From positions 96,001 to 160,000 of the IMG/VR virus record IMGVR_UViG_3300045988_145033: 64,000 nucleotides of DNA. One strand, given 5' to 3'. The stretch is from a virus. Below are positions 1-8,949 of the stretch, one piece after another. Under the pieces are notes generated by a model, which had not been told where the DNA came from, ran no database searches, and was given only the letters and a program-made list of their open reading frames with translations. Position 1 is the stretch's first letter. The number at the start of each line of letters is the position of its first letter. Made by a program: the position numbers and the translations under genes.

Positions 1-2
1 TA

Positions 3-836
3 CAGTATGGAAAGGCTACAGCACACGCTCAAAGTGATGAGCTTAATTTAATACCTTTATATGATACAGCGGGACTTGATAGTGAGTTTGACTTATTTAT
101 ATGTGGACACTATGTTAGAAAGGAATTTTATGAATTTGTAAATTATAATAATAATTTATTTATATTCTTAAAGAAAAGATTTCCTAAGAATAACTATGTA
201 TCTTGTATTGTACATGCTGATGATATATATAATATTAAAAAGGGTACTGTAAGTGATATAGAAGGTAAGGACCATATATCAAGATATAATAAGATTTATT
301 ACGCTGGTAAACTTATTCCTTATAATCATATACACGACTTCTTAGAAGGTAAGTATTATGATATAGCTCTTGATACACTTCCTGATATAAATGATGCTAA
401 GATAGAAATACTTGAGTATAAGAATAATAAAATGTATGATTTTATATCAGACGGAAATAGTCAAAACCTTTTAAAAGGATTCCACAAGATATCAGAAGTA
501 GAAAAGAAAGTTGCAATATTTCCTATGGTCGATATCTATAACTATATAAAAACTCAAGTTTCAAATAACATCATTTTGGCTAATAATTATCCTATTCATA
601 ACCACGATGATGATATTATAAAAAGGACCAAGTTCGTATACGATTGTATTACTATTGGAAAGAAATTAAGAGGAATTGTCAGCGGGAATGATATAATAGA
701 CACAGGAGTGAAAGACTATATAACGACCACTTATCAAGATTTGATAAACTCCAATGGGGTACTGGTACTAAGTAATAATGAGACAGTTATTTCACAAGCA
801 CCTATGCCAGTTATATTTGAAAGGTATGATGATTAG
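3..836 (+). CDS. 5'-truncated CDS (hypothetical protein); open in frame 3 from the window edge to the stop at 834-836
   Basis: No stop codon in frame from nt 3. The ORF track lists only the 432..836 part because no start codon lies inside the window. Codon usage matches neighbouring genes. Confidence 0.5.
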   Translation, partial: QYGKATAHAQSDELNLIPLYDTAGLDSEFDLFICGHYVRKEFYEFVNYNNNLFIFLKKRFPKNNYVSCIVHADDIYNIKKGTVSDIEGKDHISRYNKIYYAGKLIPYNHIHDFLEGKYYDIALDTLPDINDAKIEILEYKNNKMYDFISDGNSQNLLKGFHKISEVEKKVAIFPMVDIYNYIKTQVSNNIILANNYPIHNHDDDIIKRTKFVYDCITIGKKLRGIVSGNDIIDTGVKDYITTTYQDLINSNGVLVLSNNETVISQAPMPVIFERYDD

Positions 837-1140
837 CTAATACTAAGAAAAGAGGTGAAAACTCTTTCCTTTCTTTATTTTTTAATCCTGCACAATTAAA
901 TAGCTTTTGATAAGTACATATACGGTGTATAATGAGAAAGTGTCGTTTGGCAAATTCGGTCGAATTTTAGTAGTATTCTTTATCTGAGTATATTCTAAGA
1001 TATACCTTGAACGGCAGATACAATAAGAATATGAGAAAATTCTTTATGTGGTTTTTAAATTTTATAATACATATTTCTAATATCAATTTCGTTTATAAAC
1101 AAATGAACGATGGCTATTATTAGTATTAGTAAAAATATAT

Positions 1141-1312
1141 TAGGTGTCCTTTTTATTGAAGAGTTGAATTATTAAAAGATGAAACCCCGTTCACCGATTG
1201 AACGGTAACAAATGAATTTTGGGTGTCCCACCTCATTAACGAATAGAAAATTGTGAAATTAACTATTCAGGATAAAGATTTAAAATTATAAGTTTATGAA
1301 TTTTAGGTGTCC
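1141..1312 (-). repeat. three copies of a GGACACCYAA motif (minus orientation) at 1141-1149, 1221-1229 and 1304-1312, spaced 80 and 83 bp, with hairpin ccgttcaccgattgaacgg between them
   Basis: Exact 9-mers TAGGTGTCC, GGGTGTCCC and TAGGTGTCC in an ORF-free AT-rich spacer. Confidence 0.6.
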
Positions 1313-1407
1313 TACTGTGTAATTTGTAATTGTAAAAATATAAAATTAGATATTTTCATAATGATAAAAAAGATTACGAGATATCTGGTCATGTAATAAT
1401 ACAAAAG

Positions 1408-1436
1408 ATATATGCTCCCATTATGGGAGCATATAT
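1408..1436. terminator. palindromic terminator (atatgctccc-attat-gggagcatat)
   Basis: Perfect palindrome flanked by A/T runs. Member of the CTCCC/GGGAG palindromic family. Confidence 0.5.
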
Positions 1437-1437
1437 T

Positions 1438-1710
1438 TTAATGTATTTCCTCTGCATGTGGTTTGTACTGATTAAGCAGTCTACCGTGTTTTATAAAGGC
1501 GTAAGTTGCGAGTATATTTAGAACTACGATGTTTATGAAAATAAACGACACGAAGTGTAATCCTAAGATATATAACACGCTAAGAACAAAGGCACATCTT
1601 TTAAAAAATACAGAAGCCTTTTCGTTCCACGTCCTTACATAGATATAGAATAATAAAAAAGCTATGGCAAATAATACGACAATATTCAGCAATAATTTTA
1701 AAAGATACAT
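1438..1710 (-). CDS. small integral membrane protein (about 3 TM helices)
   Basis: 90 aa, hydrophobic. RBS AGGAAGGAGG upstream. Immediately downstream of the terminase gene in the same operon. Confidence 0.5.
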   Translation of the reverse strand: MYLLKLLLNIVVLFAIAFLLFYIYVRTWNEKASVFFKRCAFVLSVLYILGLHFVSFIFINIVVLNILATYAFIKHGRLLNQYKPHAEEIH

Positions 1711-1723
1711 TCTAACCTCCTTC

Positions 1724-4270
1724 CTAAAACGGTTTAAGTGATTTTGGTTTTAATCTATTGACACGTCTTCCATTACCGAAGTAACTTCCGTTCACACCCA
1801 TAGTTATCTCCTCATCACCGCTTCCATTTTCCAAAGCATTATATATTTCATGAGCTTTACGCTCGAATTCCACCGCATCGTTTCCTCTCTTGTAAGTATC
1901 ATCTTCAAGAGTTCTAAATCCTAACATTTGTCCATTTTCTAAAGCATTTTGCTTTAGAAACTCTTGATACTTTTGCTCTTCAGTTAAACCAGCATAAGGG
2001 TCAACCTTAATATCAAATACATCTAGTTTATTGTATGATAAACTTTCATCATCCGGTACATTAGGATAATGAAGTCCGAATTTAATATCCATATCTATAT
2101 CTTTATATAGTACATATAAAGCCATAAGATATGCCATTAAAACGTCATCGTGATAACCCGGTAAGTGGTCTACTCTACCAGCTGATGATATAGTAAGTGA
2201 CATAAGCTCACGTGATATATCTTCTGATACGAAGTATGTCTTGTATCTATTAACTCTCATATTTAGAATTTCTCTTGTCATAGTTTCACGAACATCGTGT
2301 GTCATATCAAGTCCATATTTACCTTTAGATATTTTACCGTCATTTGAGTTAATATAGAAAGAACTATCGTCTTTTGCTGTTTGATAATAAATATTATCAA
2401 CTATATCAGAGCAATGTATAAGCTTATCTACAACTCCACGTCCTATACCATTTCTTTCTACTACAAATATACCATTAGGTACATATTGTCTGTAGAATTC
2501 AATTATAGTTTTAGCAAATATCTCAGTATCGTCTTCATTACTTCTAAAGGTAAAAAGTACCTTAGTGGTATCAGGGTCTATACCTACCATAGTAGAATAG
2601 TCGGAGTCTTTAGTTCCCCCACCACCTGCTATATCGACACCTATTACGACTTTCTTAAATCTTGCTAGTTCAAAGCCGTCATAAGTTGTAAATACATGTC
2701 TATTATTTAAGACAATAGTTTTCTTTCTTTGGTTTTTGGTATAAATATCAATAAGCTCCAAAGCTCTTCTTGAGAATGGTGAACGAATAAGAGTTCTTTT
2801 CCATTTAAGCATAACTTCCACATCAAAGACTTCTCTATCAAGTTTTCTTAATCTTTCTATCAACCATTCTTGAGTAAAACCAAGTTCATTATACATAAAT
2901 GAGCAAAATACTATATCTTTCTTACCATTCGCTCTCATATATGTCTTTAGTTCTTCTTTTGATAAATCAAACATTATAAGATTAAATCTTACACAGTTTT
3001 CAAATAAAAGCTTATATAACCATTCTCCTTCCTTAGTTGTAGCATCGGGTGGAGTAGAAGTCATAGTAATATTGTGTGGAGTTCCAACTTTTTCAGCGTT
3101 CGCTGCCGCTTCTTCGTGAGCAGGTTGTGCTGAACCATAAGCAAGATAATTATATTTAGACCAACCAATTTCGTCAAATCCTATTTTAACTAAACTCTTT
3201 CCCCGTCCAGTCTTCATAGCACCTTCTTTAGTTTGTCCTGTAGTTCCAGCGTATATTTTATTATTCCAAAGTTTATGATGAATTTCTATACCTTTTGCAT
3301 AATCATCACAGTCTACTATAGTTATATTACCAGTAGTATCTTCTTTTGCTTTAAATCTATAAAACTTAAGATAAGCTGGTAAGAACTGTAATATATTTAT
3401 AACGTCTTGTAAGTTATCCTTTGCTTTAGGTAAGTTATTTGCAAAAAGTGCCATATTAGCATTACGAGAAGCAAAGTTCCAACACCAACCAACGATAGCA
3501 TTATCAGTTCCTGATTTATACGTTTGTCTTGGTTGTTCAAGATAATACGTAATATCATTCGCTGTTAAATACATTGAAGTAAATGAACCTATATGAAATC
3601 TCATCTTAGTAGGTCCAGCTGGAGTTGATACTCTTGCTACTTCACGACAATAATAGAATATATTAGAACAAGTCTCAAGCTGTATTCTATCCATTTGGTC
3701 TTGTGTTAGATTTTTAGAATGTGGGTCTACACCATCAAGTGATGTATCATTTAAAAGAAGTGGTAACCACCATCTATGTACACCTAAGTTAAATAAAACC
3801 TTAGCAAAGTTAATTGCGTGTGGGTTTGTAGATTGGAATTGAACCTTTGGTATTTTAGGTGGTGGAAACTGTTTCATTAAATCTTCCATCATTCTATCCA
3901 TAGTAGATATATCTTTGGTGTCATTTATAACTCTACCAGTTTCTATGTCTATATTAGGGTCTATCTCTCCTTTTACATCATAGTCAACTTTAGGTATATA
4001 ACCCTCACTAGGTGCGTTAGGGTCATGTACCGTTTCATTAGGATTTATATAGTTAGAATAAATATGATTACCTTCGGAATCTACATCCACATGATTTTCT
4101 GAAACTATAGTTCCAGCAAGTTCTATAGATAATCTGTCAAATCCTATATCTCCTGTCATTTCATTATCTTTTTGAAATTGTCTTATATCACTTTGTACTT
4201 CTTTTTTGAAACTAGAATTTATCTCTTCTTCTTGTAAAAACTTATTAAATTTACTAAAACTATTATCCAC
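1724..4270 (-). CDS. terL: terminase large subunit (ATPase plus RNaseH-like nuclease), with a long N-terminal extension
   Basis: Nuclease motif I VVIGVDIAGGGGTKDSDYSTMVGID and C-terminal LPGYHDDVLMAYLMAL (HDD motif). Candidate Walker B IVDCDD and motif III AGTTGQT. Start is a GTG 2 nt after the upstream stop (translational coupling). Confidence 0.6.
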   Translation of the reverse strand: MDNSFSKFNKFLQEEEINSSFKKEVQSDIRQFQKDNEMTGDIGFDRLSIELAGTIVSENHVDVDSEGNHIYSNYINPNETVHDPNAPSEGYIPKVDYDVKGEIDPNIDIETGRVINDTKDISTMDRMMEDLMKQFPPPKIPKVQFQSTNPHAINFAKVLFNLGVHRWWLPLLLNDTSLDGVDPHSKNLTQDQMDRIQLETCSNIFYYCREVARVSTPAGPTKMRFHIGSFTSMYLTANDITYYLEQPRQTYKSGTDNAIVGWCWNFASRNANMALFANNLPKAKDNLQDVINILQFLPAYLKFYRFKAKEDTTGNITIVDCDDYAKGIEIHHKLWNNKIYAGTTGQTKEGAMKTGRGKSLVKIGFDEIGWSKYNYLAYGSAQPAHEEAAANAEKVGTPHNITMTSTPPDATTKEGEWLYKLLFENCVRFNLIMFDLSKEELKTYMRANGKKDIVFCSFMYNELGFTQEWLIERLRKLDREVFDVEVMLKWKRTLIRSPFSRRALELIDIYTKNQRKKTIVLNNRHVFTTYDGFELARFKKVVIGVDIAGGGGTKDSDYSTMVGIDPDTTKVLFTFRSNEDDTEIFAKTIIEFYRQYVPNGIFVVERNGIGRGVVDKLIHCSDIVDNIYYQTAKDDSSFYINSNDGKISKGKYGLDMTHDVRETMTREILNMRVNRYKTYFVSEDISRELMSLTISSAGRVDHLPGYHDDVLMAYLMALYVLYKDIDMDIKFGLHYPNVPDDESLSYNKLDVFDIKVDPYAGLTEEQKYQEFLKQNALENGQMLGFRTLEDDTYKRGNDAVEFERKAHEIYNALENGSGDEEITMGVNGSYFGNGRRVNRLKPKSLKPF

Positions 4271-4272
4271 AA

Positions 4273-5745
4273 TTATCCTTCGTAACCTTCAGGGTATGCG
4301 ATATTAATTGTCATTCTTGATTTCTTGTGGTCGAATTTTCTAGTTTCTTCTATATCTTTATTTAAAGTCTTTATAACTATATTACAAGCTTCTATTGCTT
4401 CTTTAGTCTTTAGCTTTCTTCTTAAAGCTTGTGCTTCTTGCAGTACAATATACGCATTATTTATAGCATCCTTTTTGGAATATTTAGTTGTGATATACTC
4501 CATATCTATTTTAGCAATAGATGCTTCTCTTGCTATATCTGTAACTTTCATCATTTCTTTTTCTATTTCATCTTCTGTAAATGTAATAGATTCTGCGTAC
4601 ATTCTTATCTCTTTTCTTGCCATTTTATCTTGAAGTGCTGCAAGTATATCGCAAGATTCGGCATATTTTAGAAGCTCTTTAGATGCAAGTATTTGAGACG
4701 GTCTATCAGTTTTTATTTCGCTAAATCTATTACGAGATTTGTCTATTGCTGATAAGAAAGTTTCCATTTGTCCAAAAGATGCTGGAGTTTCAGAAAATCC
4801 AGAGTTTACTGACCTCATTATTCTTGAAAGTAGATAATCAAATGATGAACCTTTTTGGTTTTTACCAAGAGCTGAACGAAGTACAGTTTCTACATTTAAG
4901 AATTTGTGAGTATGATGTGTATTTATAATATTTTTAATAATATAAGCTACAGCTTCATCTAGTATTCTAATATTTTTGGTATCTCCTTTTACAGCATCGT
5001 TTATAACCTCAAATATTGTAAGAACGATAAGAGAAGTTCTAAAAGATTCTTGTGGAGTCTTATGATAATCGTTTACCCATCTATTTATAACACCATAAGA
5101 ATTCGTATCAACATTTTCCCTATTATTAGCATAATCTATAGTAGATGAAAAACTTTGCATAAGTCTATTAGCTTTTATAATTTGAGAAAGTCTTCCACAT
5201 AATTTAGGGAAGTTAGATACATAGGCTACAATTTGAGGAATAAATTCTTTATATATCTTTTCTTGTAAAAGTTTACTATCTATAGTTTCAGCCTTTATCT
5301 TATCACTTATTGTATCTATATATAGCTCATCTATAACCACCATTAAAGATGATATTTTGTAATCATTTACAAATACCTCTAAATCTCTTTGTAAAGCTTC
5401 AGCTAAATCCATATTCTCATATTCTTCTAAATCCTCATCATATTTAGATACTTCTATAGTAGCTGTATTTTTAGGAACAGCAAGCTCAGTTGCTCTACTT
5501 TTAACAATAGTCTCCATAATAGCATCAGCAGCACTCCACTGAGTTTCGTCTACACCCTTTCTATTAGGAAAACCTAGAGAAAAAATATAATCGGGATATA
5601 TGTCTATCATATCACTTGCATCTTCTGGATTAAAGCCTCTTATGTCTCTTTTACAGTAGGTAAAATTAAGAGTTATACCAGAAGCTTTATATATCTGAGA
5701 TGCCAAGTTATATAGTGGCTCTTTAAGTATTTCCAACTTATTCAT
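4273..5745 (-). CDS. hypothetical protein, 490 aa (contains an MYAES motif; possible head/packaging protein)
   Basis: Strong RBS AAGGAGG. Late-type AACA-N6-TA element upstream. Position directly upstream of terL. Confidence 0.5.
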   Translation of the reverse strand: MNKLEILKEPLYNLASQIYKASGITLNFTYCKRDIRGFNPEDASDMIDIYPDYIFSLGFPNRKGVDETQWSAADAIMETIVKSRATELAVPKNTATIEVSKYDEDLEEYENMDLAEALQRDLEVFVNDYKISSLMVVIDELYIDTISDKIKAETIDSKLLQEKIYKEFIPQIVAYVSNFPKLCGRLSQIIKANRLMQSFSSTIDYANNRENVDTNSYGVINRWVNDYHKTPQESFRTSLIVLTIFEVINDAVKGDTKNIRILDEAVAYIIKNIINTHHTHKFLNVETVLRSALGKNQKGSSFDYLLSRIMRSVNSGFSETPASFGQMETFLSAIDKSRNRFSEIKTDRPSQILASKELLKYAESCDILAALQDKMARKEIRMYAESITFTEDEIEKEMMKVTDIAREASIAKIDMEYITTKYSKKDAINNAYIVLQEAQALRRKLKTKEAIEACNIVIKTLNKDIEETRKFDHKKSRMTINIAYPEGYEG

Positions 5746-5779
5746 ATATTAAAACCTCCTTGTTTTACTTAAAATATTA

Positions 5780-5791
5780 TATTTTGGTGTT
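5780..5791 (-). promoter_or_regulatory. late promoter AACAccaaaaTA
   Basis: Minus strand, upstream of 4273..5745 (the terminase operon). Confidence 0.4.
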
Positions 5792-5816
5792 CGTAACAGA
5801 TGTATCTAGGAACATA

Positions 5817-5858
5817 GAAAAAAAAATAAAGGTGAGGCGAACCCCACCAATATTCTTT
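5817..5858 (-). terminator. intrinsic terminator (GGUGGGGUUCGCCUCACC plus U-run on the minus strand)
   Basis: A-run, GC hairpin, T-run. The A.C mismatch on plus becomes G.U on minus, so it is minus-oriented. Member of a conserved family. Confidence 0.6.
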
Positions 5859-6292
5859 TATTTCTTTCTTCTGTAAAGAGGTTGGTTTGTTCCTTCCTCT
5901 CTAAGTTGGTCCTTACTTCTTATGTATTCATAGAACCCTTTATGCTTGAAGTCAGCCTTTTTAGTAACTGACCCATCAGGGTTTTGAGTTTCTGTTACAA
6001 TTCTTTCTGAATAAGCATAGAAGCAAGGTATCCATGAGTTAAGGTCCAAACAAATCACATTTACTGCTGGTGGGAATCCAGCTACGTGTATTGCTGTACA
6101 GAAGTTTTGTTCCATGTAGTCAATAACATCATTGCAGACATATAAGTAATTGTCTGGTGTCATTTGACTCCAAGCTTTTTTCAATTCTTCACTCAATTCC
6201 ACAACTTGGTATCCCTTTTCAGCAAGTTCTTGGATTTGATTAAGACCTAATACGTGATTTGAGCAGTTTAACAAGTTTTCTAATTTTTTCAT
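5858..6292 (-). CDS. hypothetical early protein, 144 aa
   Basis: Stand-alone cassette: class A promoter plus conserved leader upstream, intrinsic terminator downstream. RBS AGGAGG. Confidence 0.55.
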   Translation of the reverse strand: MKKLENLLNCSNHVLGLNQIQELAEKGYQVVELSEELKKAWSQMTPDNYLYVCNDVIDYMEQNFCTAIHVAGFPPAVNVICLDLNSWIPCFYAYSERIVTETQNPDGSVTKKADFKHKGFYEYIRSKDQLREEGTNQPLYRRKK

Positions 6293-6340
6293 TTTTGTAC
6301 CTCCTAGTACGGTTATTTTAAATTAAGACTATTTGGAACT

Positions 6341-6356
6341 CCTGAGCCTTCTCAGG
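6341..6356 (-). promoter_or_regulatory. conserved 5'-leader hairpin (stem CCUGAG/CUCAGG, loop AAGG)
   Basis: Between the class A promoter and the RBS. Base-pair covariation across four cassettes. Confidence 0.5.
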
Positions 6357-6368
6357 TTTATTCCTTTT

Positions 6369-6396
6369 GTCTACGTTTATTATATATAATTGAAAT
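6369..6396 (-). promoter_or_regulatory. early promoter, class A: TTTCAATTATATATAATAAACGTAGAC
   Basis: One of 11 copies of TATATWATAWAYGTAGAC, all on the minus strand. About 95 nt upstream of the ATG at 6292. Confidence 0.5.
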
Positions 6397-6410
6397 ATAA
6401 AATCGTGTAA

Positions 6411-6671
6411 TTATCGTTTATTCCAATCTTCGTCAGGGTCGAAACTATTTTCTTTCTCCCATTTAACTTGAGCTTCTCTTGCATTACGAACAGCATCATT
6501 TCCATTATTTCTTGTAATAGATGCACCTTCTGTTACAAAGAAAAAACTCATATTATATTTCTTACAAAGTGCTTCCACTTCCTTACATAACTTTCTCGCC
6601 TTTTCCAACTTCTTTTCATCAATAACCTCTTTTTGAGACTCTGCTATCTTTCTTATTAAGCTTGTATTCAT
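6411..6671 (-). CDS. hypothetical small protein, 86 aa
   Basis: ATG at 6671 preceded by AAGGAGG. The ORF-track N-terminal extension (to 6818) would overlap the divergent + gene and lacks an RBS. Confidence 0.45.
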   Translation of the reverse strand: MNTSLIRKIAESQKEVIDEKKLEKARKLCKEVEALCKKYNMSFFFVTEGASITRNNGNDAVRNAREAQVKWEKENSFDPDEDWNKR

Positions 6672-6715
6672 ATTAAAACCTCCTTTATTTAATCGTTTGC
6701 TACAAAACCACCAGA

Positions 6716-6727
6716 AACACCCGAATA
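6716..6727 (+). promoter_or_regulatory. late promoter AACAcccgaaTA
   Basis: AACA-N6-TA, 28 nt upstream of the ATG at 6755. Confidence 0.45.
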
Positions 6728-6754
6728 TATTAATTTTAAAAGGAGGACTCGAAT

Positions 6755-8212
6755 ATGTATGTAAAAAAAGGTATTCCTTATAATATAGTAAGTGATGACG
6801 GATATACTGGTAATTCATTTATTACAATGTCTGATATAATTGCTAATGATATAATAATGGAAGCGATTTTTAATAATAAATCAAGAGAGCAAATAAAAGG
6901 ATTAGAAACAGAACCAGTTTCTCGTGAACTTTGTGAAAGTGTACTAGATAATATAAAATCTGATGAAGTTGAATATTCTATAGATAAGATAATAGATATA
7001 GATGCAATATATACATCATCTATACAATCACTAGATAGAGAATTCAATGTAGATGAAGTAACTTTACAAGGATGCGAATTTATTGTAGATGATTATGGTT
7101 CTTCATTCACTGTAATAAAAGTGGTAACTTATGAAAATATCGAAGGAAATGAACTTAATCAAGTTCATTATTTACTACCGCTTTTCCACCATGATGTAGT
7201 TCTTGCAAATAAAGTAACGTATGCTTTACACGTATCTGGAAATGGAGAATGTGAATTTTTAAGACTTCCTATGATAGAATCAGGAGACACGTATGCTATT
7301 GATAGTCGTGAACTTGTAAATAAACTATTGGAAACTAAAGCATATTCTATGTGGTTTATGAACCTTATACAACATAAGAAACTTTTAGTAGTTCCGAAAG
7401 AAGATTTCGCTGTTCAACTTGCAAGACTTGGAATTGTGAACTTTATACCAGCACAAGGATTAGGAGTTTATCTTGACGGACAAAATAAAACTCTTATGGG
7501 TAATATAGTTGACAATAACATAAGACTTCAAAAGTTTGACGTTGATGAGATTAATAATTCTAAAGATATGATAGTTATGTATGATAATCGTTCATACAAT
7601 GAAAATCTTCTAAATCATAGACTTCCTATATCTATATCTATATTAGATGAGGGACAAGTTATGTATGCTGGAATGTATATGGACGATACATTTATAGAAA
7701 TAGCAGATAATAGAATGAAGTATATGGAAGCTGACACTTCTACTAAAATTGGAAGGCTTGCTGAAAAAGCTAAAAGAATACCAAGACAAATAGTAGAAAA
7801 AGGTGAAAAGCTTATATCTGAGCTTAGAGGCTTTATGGTTGAATGGAGAAAGGCAAAAGATGATGCTTTAAGAGAAAAGGTTATAAATGATGAGTTTATT
7901 CCTATTCTTGATAACTCTATGCAATGGCTTGTAGGTGCCGCAACTGGATTTGGAATATACTTTCTTGTCACAGCAAACCCACTTATTGCTATACTTGGTG
8001 GATATGGAGCTAAAGTTGTAAAAGGAGTTCATGATGCTAAAACTCGTGAAAGAGTTTTAAAGATGATAAAAGATGAACTCGAAATAATAGATGAGAAGAT
8101 AAACGATGCTAAAAACTCAGATGACAGAAAGAAGAAATATGCTCTTATGAGAATTAAGCAATCACTTGAAAAGAAGCTACTTGGTATAGTAAGAACTAAG
8201 AAATACGTATAA
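6755..8212 (+). CDS. head-module protein, 485 aa, C-terminal hydrophobic segment (portal or prohead protease candidate; function not assignable)
   Basis: RBS AAGGAGG. AACA-N6-TA element 28 nt upstream of the ATG. First gene of the plus-strand head block. Confidence 0.5.
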   Translation: MYVKKGIPYNIVSDDGYTGNSFITMSDIIANDIIMEAIFNNKSREQIKGLETEPVSRELCESVLDNIKSDEVEYSIDKIIDIDAIYTSSIQSLDREFNVDEVTLQGCEFIVDDYGSSFTVIKVVTYENIEGNELNQVHYLLPLFHHDVVLANKVTYALHVSGNGECEFLRLPMIESGDTYAIDSRELVNKLLETKAYSMWFMNLIQHKKLLVVPKEDFAVQLARLGIVNFIPAQGLGVYLDGQNKTLMGNIVDNNIRLQKFDVDEINNSKDMIVMYDNRSYNENLLNHRLPISISILDEGQVMYAGMYMDDTFIEIADNRMKYMEADTSTKIGRLAEKAKRIPRQIVEKGEKLISELRGFMVEWRKAKDDALREKVINDEFIPILDNSMQWLVGAATGFGIYFLVTANPLIAILGGYGAKVVKGVHDAKTRERVLKMIKDELEIIDEKINDAKNSDDRKKKYALMRIKQSLEKKLLGIVRTKKYV

Positions 8213-8229
8213 GGAGGTGTAATACTTAT

Positions 8230-8883
8230 ATGAGAGGTTTCTTAAATAAACTAGAAGAAGTTAATAAAAAGAAAAGACCAAATCTTTATGGTGAAGCTGA
8301 TATAGATGGCTTCGATACATCTACATTTGATTTACCTGATTATATGGGAGCAGATAATGACCCAGTTCCACCAGAACCTGAACCAGAAGAACCAGAGTTT
8401 CAAGAACCTGAAGATGATACAGGAGATGATATACCAGAACCCGAGCCTGAAGAACCAGAGTTTACAGACCCTGACCCAGATGATGGCTTTGACCCTGAAA
8501 ACCCTGAACTTCAAGAAGATGCAGGAGAACCCGGAGATACTCCAAATGAAGACAACGCTTTTACAGAAGGGGAAGATGAGGATACTCCTGTATTTAGAAG
8601 AAAGACTAAAAAACTTAATAAAGCATTTGCATCTTTGTATGACCAATATAAAGACTTAATAGCAAAGCTTAAGAATATAGACGCTACAGGAGATAAGGCT
8701 ACAGTTATAAATACTTATATAGATGAGTATGAAGAAAACTTACAAGCCTTAGTTGAGTATGTAAATGATAATACTGATACTTGGGTTATAAGATTTCAAA
8801 CCTATGTAGAATTTCGTGCTACATTTGCAACTATTAATAAGAAACTGTCTTCTATAGAGGAAGATGTAAATATACTGTCGTAA
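8230..8883 (+). CDS. acidic Pro/Glu-rich protein with tandem PEPEPEEPEF repeats (scaffold-like)
   Basis: 217 aa, very acidic. Two 30-nt near-identical repeat units at 8371-8400 and 8434-8463. Lies between the 485-aa gene and the putative capsid gene, as scaffolds do in T4-like layouts. Confidence 0.5.
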   Translation: MRGFLNKLEEVNKKKRPNLYGEADIDGFDTSTFDLPDYMGADNDPVPPEPEPEEPEFQEPEDDTGDDIPEPEPEEPEFTDPDPDDGFDPENPELQEDAGEPGDTPNEDNAFTEGEDEDTPVFRRKTKKLNKAFASLYDQYKDLIAKLKNIDATGDKATVINTYIDEYEENLQALVEYVNDNTDTWVIRFQTYVEFRATFATINKKLSSIEEDVNILS

Positions 8884-8896
8884 AAACAGTTGAAAA

Positions 8897-8908
8897 AACA
8901 GCAGTTTA
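8897..8908 (+). promoter_or_regulatory. late promoter AACAgcagttTAGATTAAAA
   Basis: Upstream of the putative capsid gene. Confidence 0.5.
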
Positions 8909-8949
8909 GATTAAAATTAAAATTGAAAAATAACTAGGAGGTATAAAAT

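Noticed and set aside
2381-2668. Numerous 60-170 aa antisense or out-of-frame ORFs (for example 2381..2668, 4325..4633, 7615..7971, 18702..19211, 21954..22517, 24538..24984, 37795..38037, 57493..57909)
   Set aside because: They are Ile/Phe/Leu/Ser-rich low-complexity translations typical of the antisense strand of AT-rich genes. They have no RBS and are fully embedded in strongly supported genes.
6411-6818. Longer 135-aa version of the small minus-strand gene
   Set aside because: The extension overlaps the divergent 6755 gene and its promoter and lacks an RBS. The internal ATG at 6671 with AAGGAGG is the plausible start.
8306-8659. Overlapping plus and minus ORFs (117 and 104 aa) inside the acidic scaffold-like gene
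   Set aside because: These are alternative frames of a repetitive Pro/Glu-rich coding region. The acidic frame has the RBS and fits the operon context.
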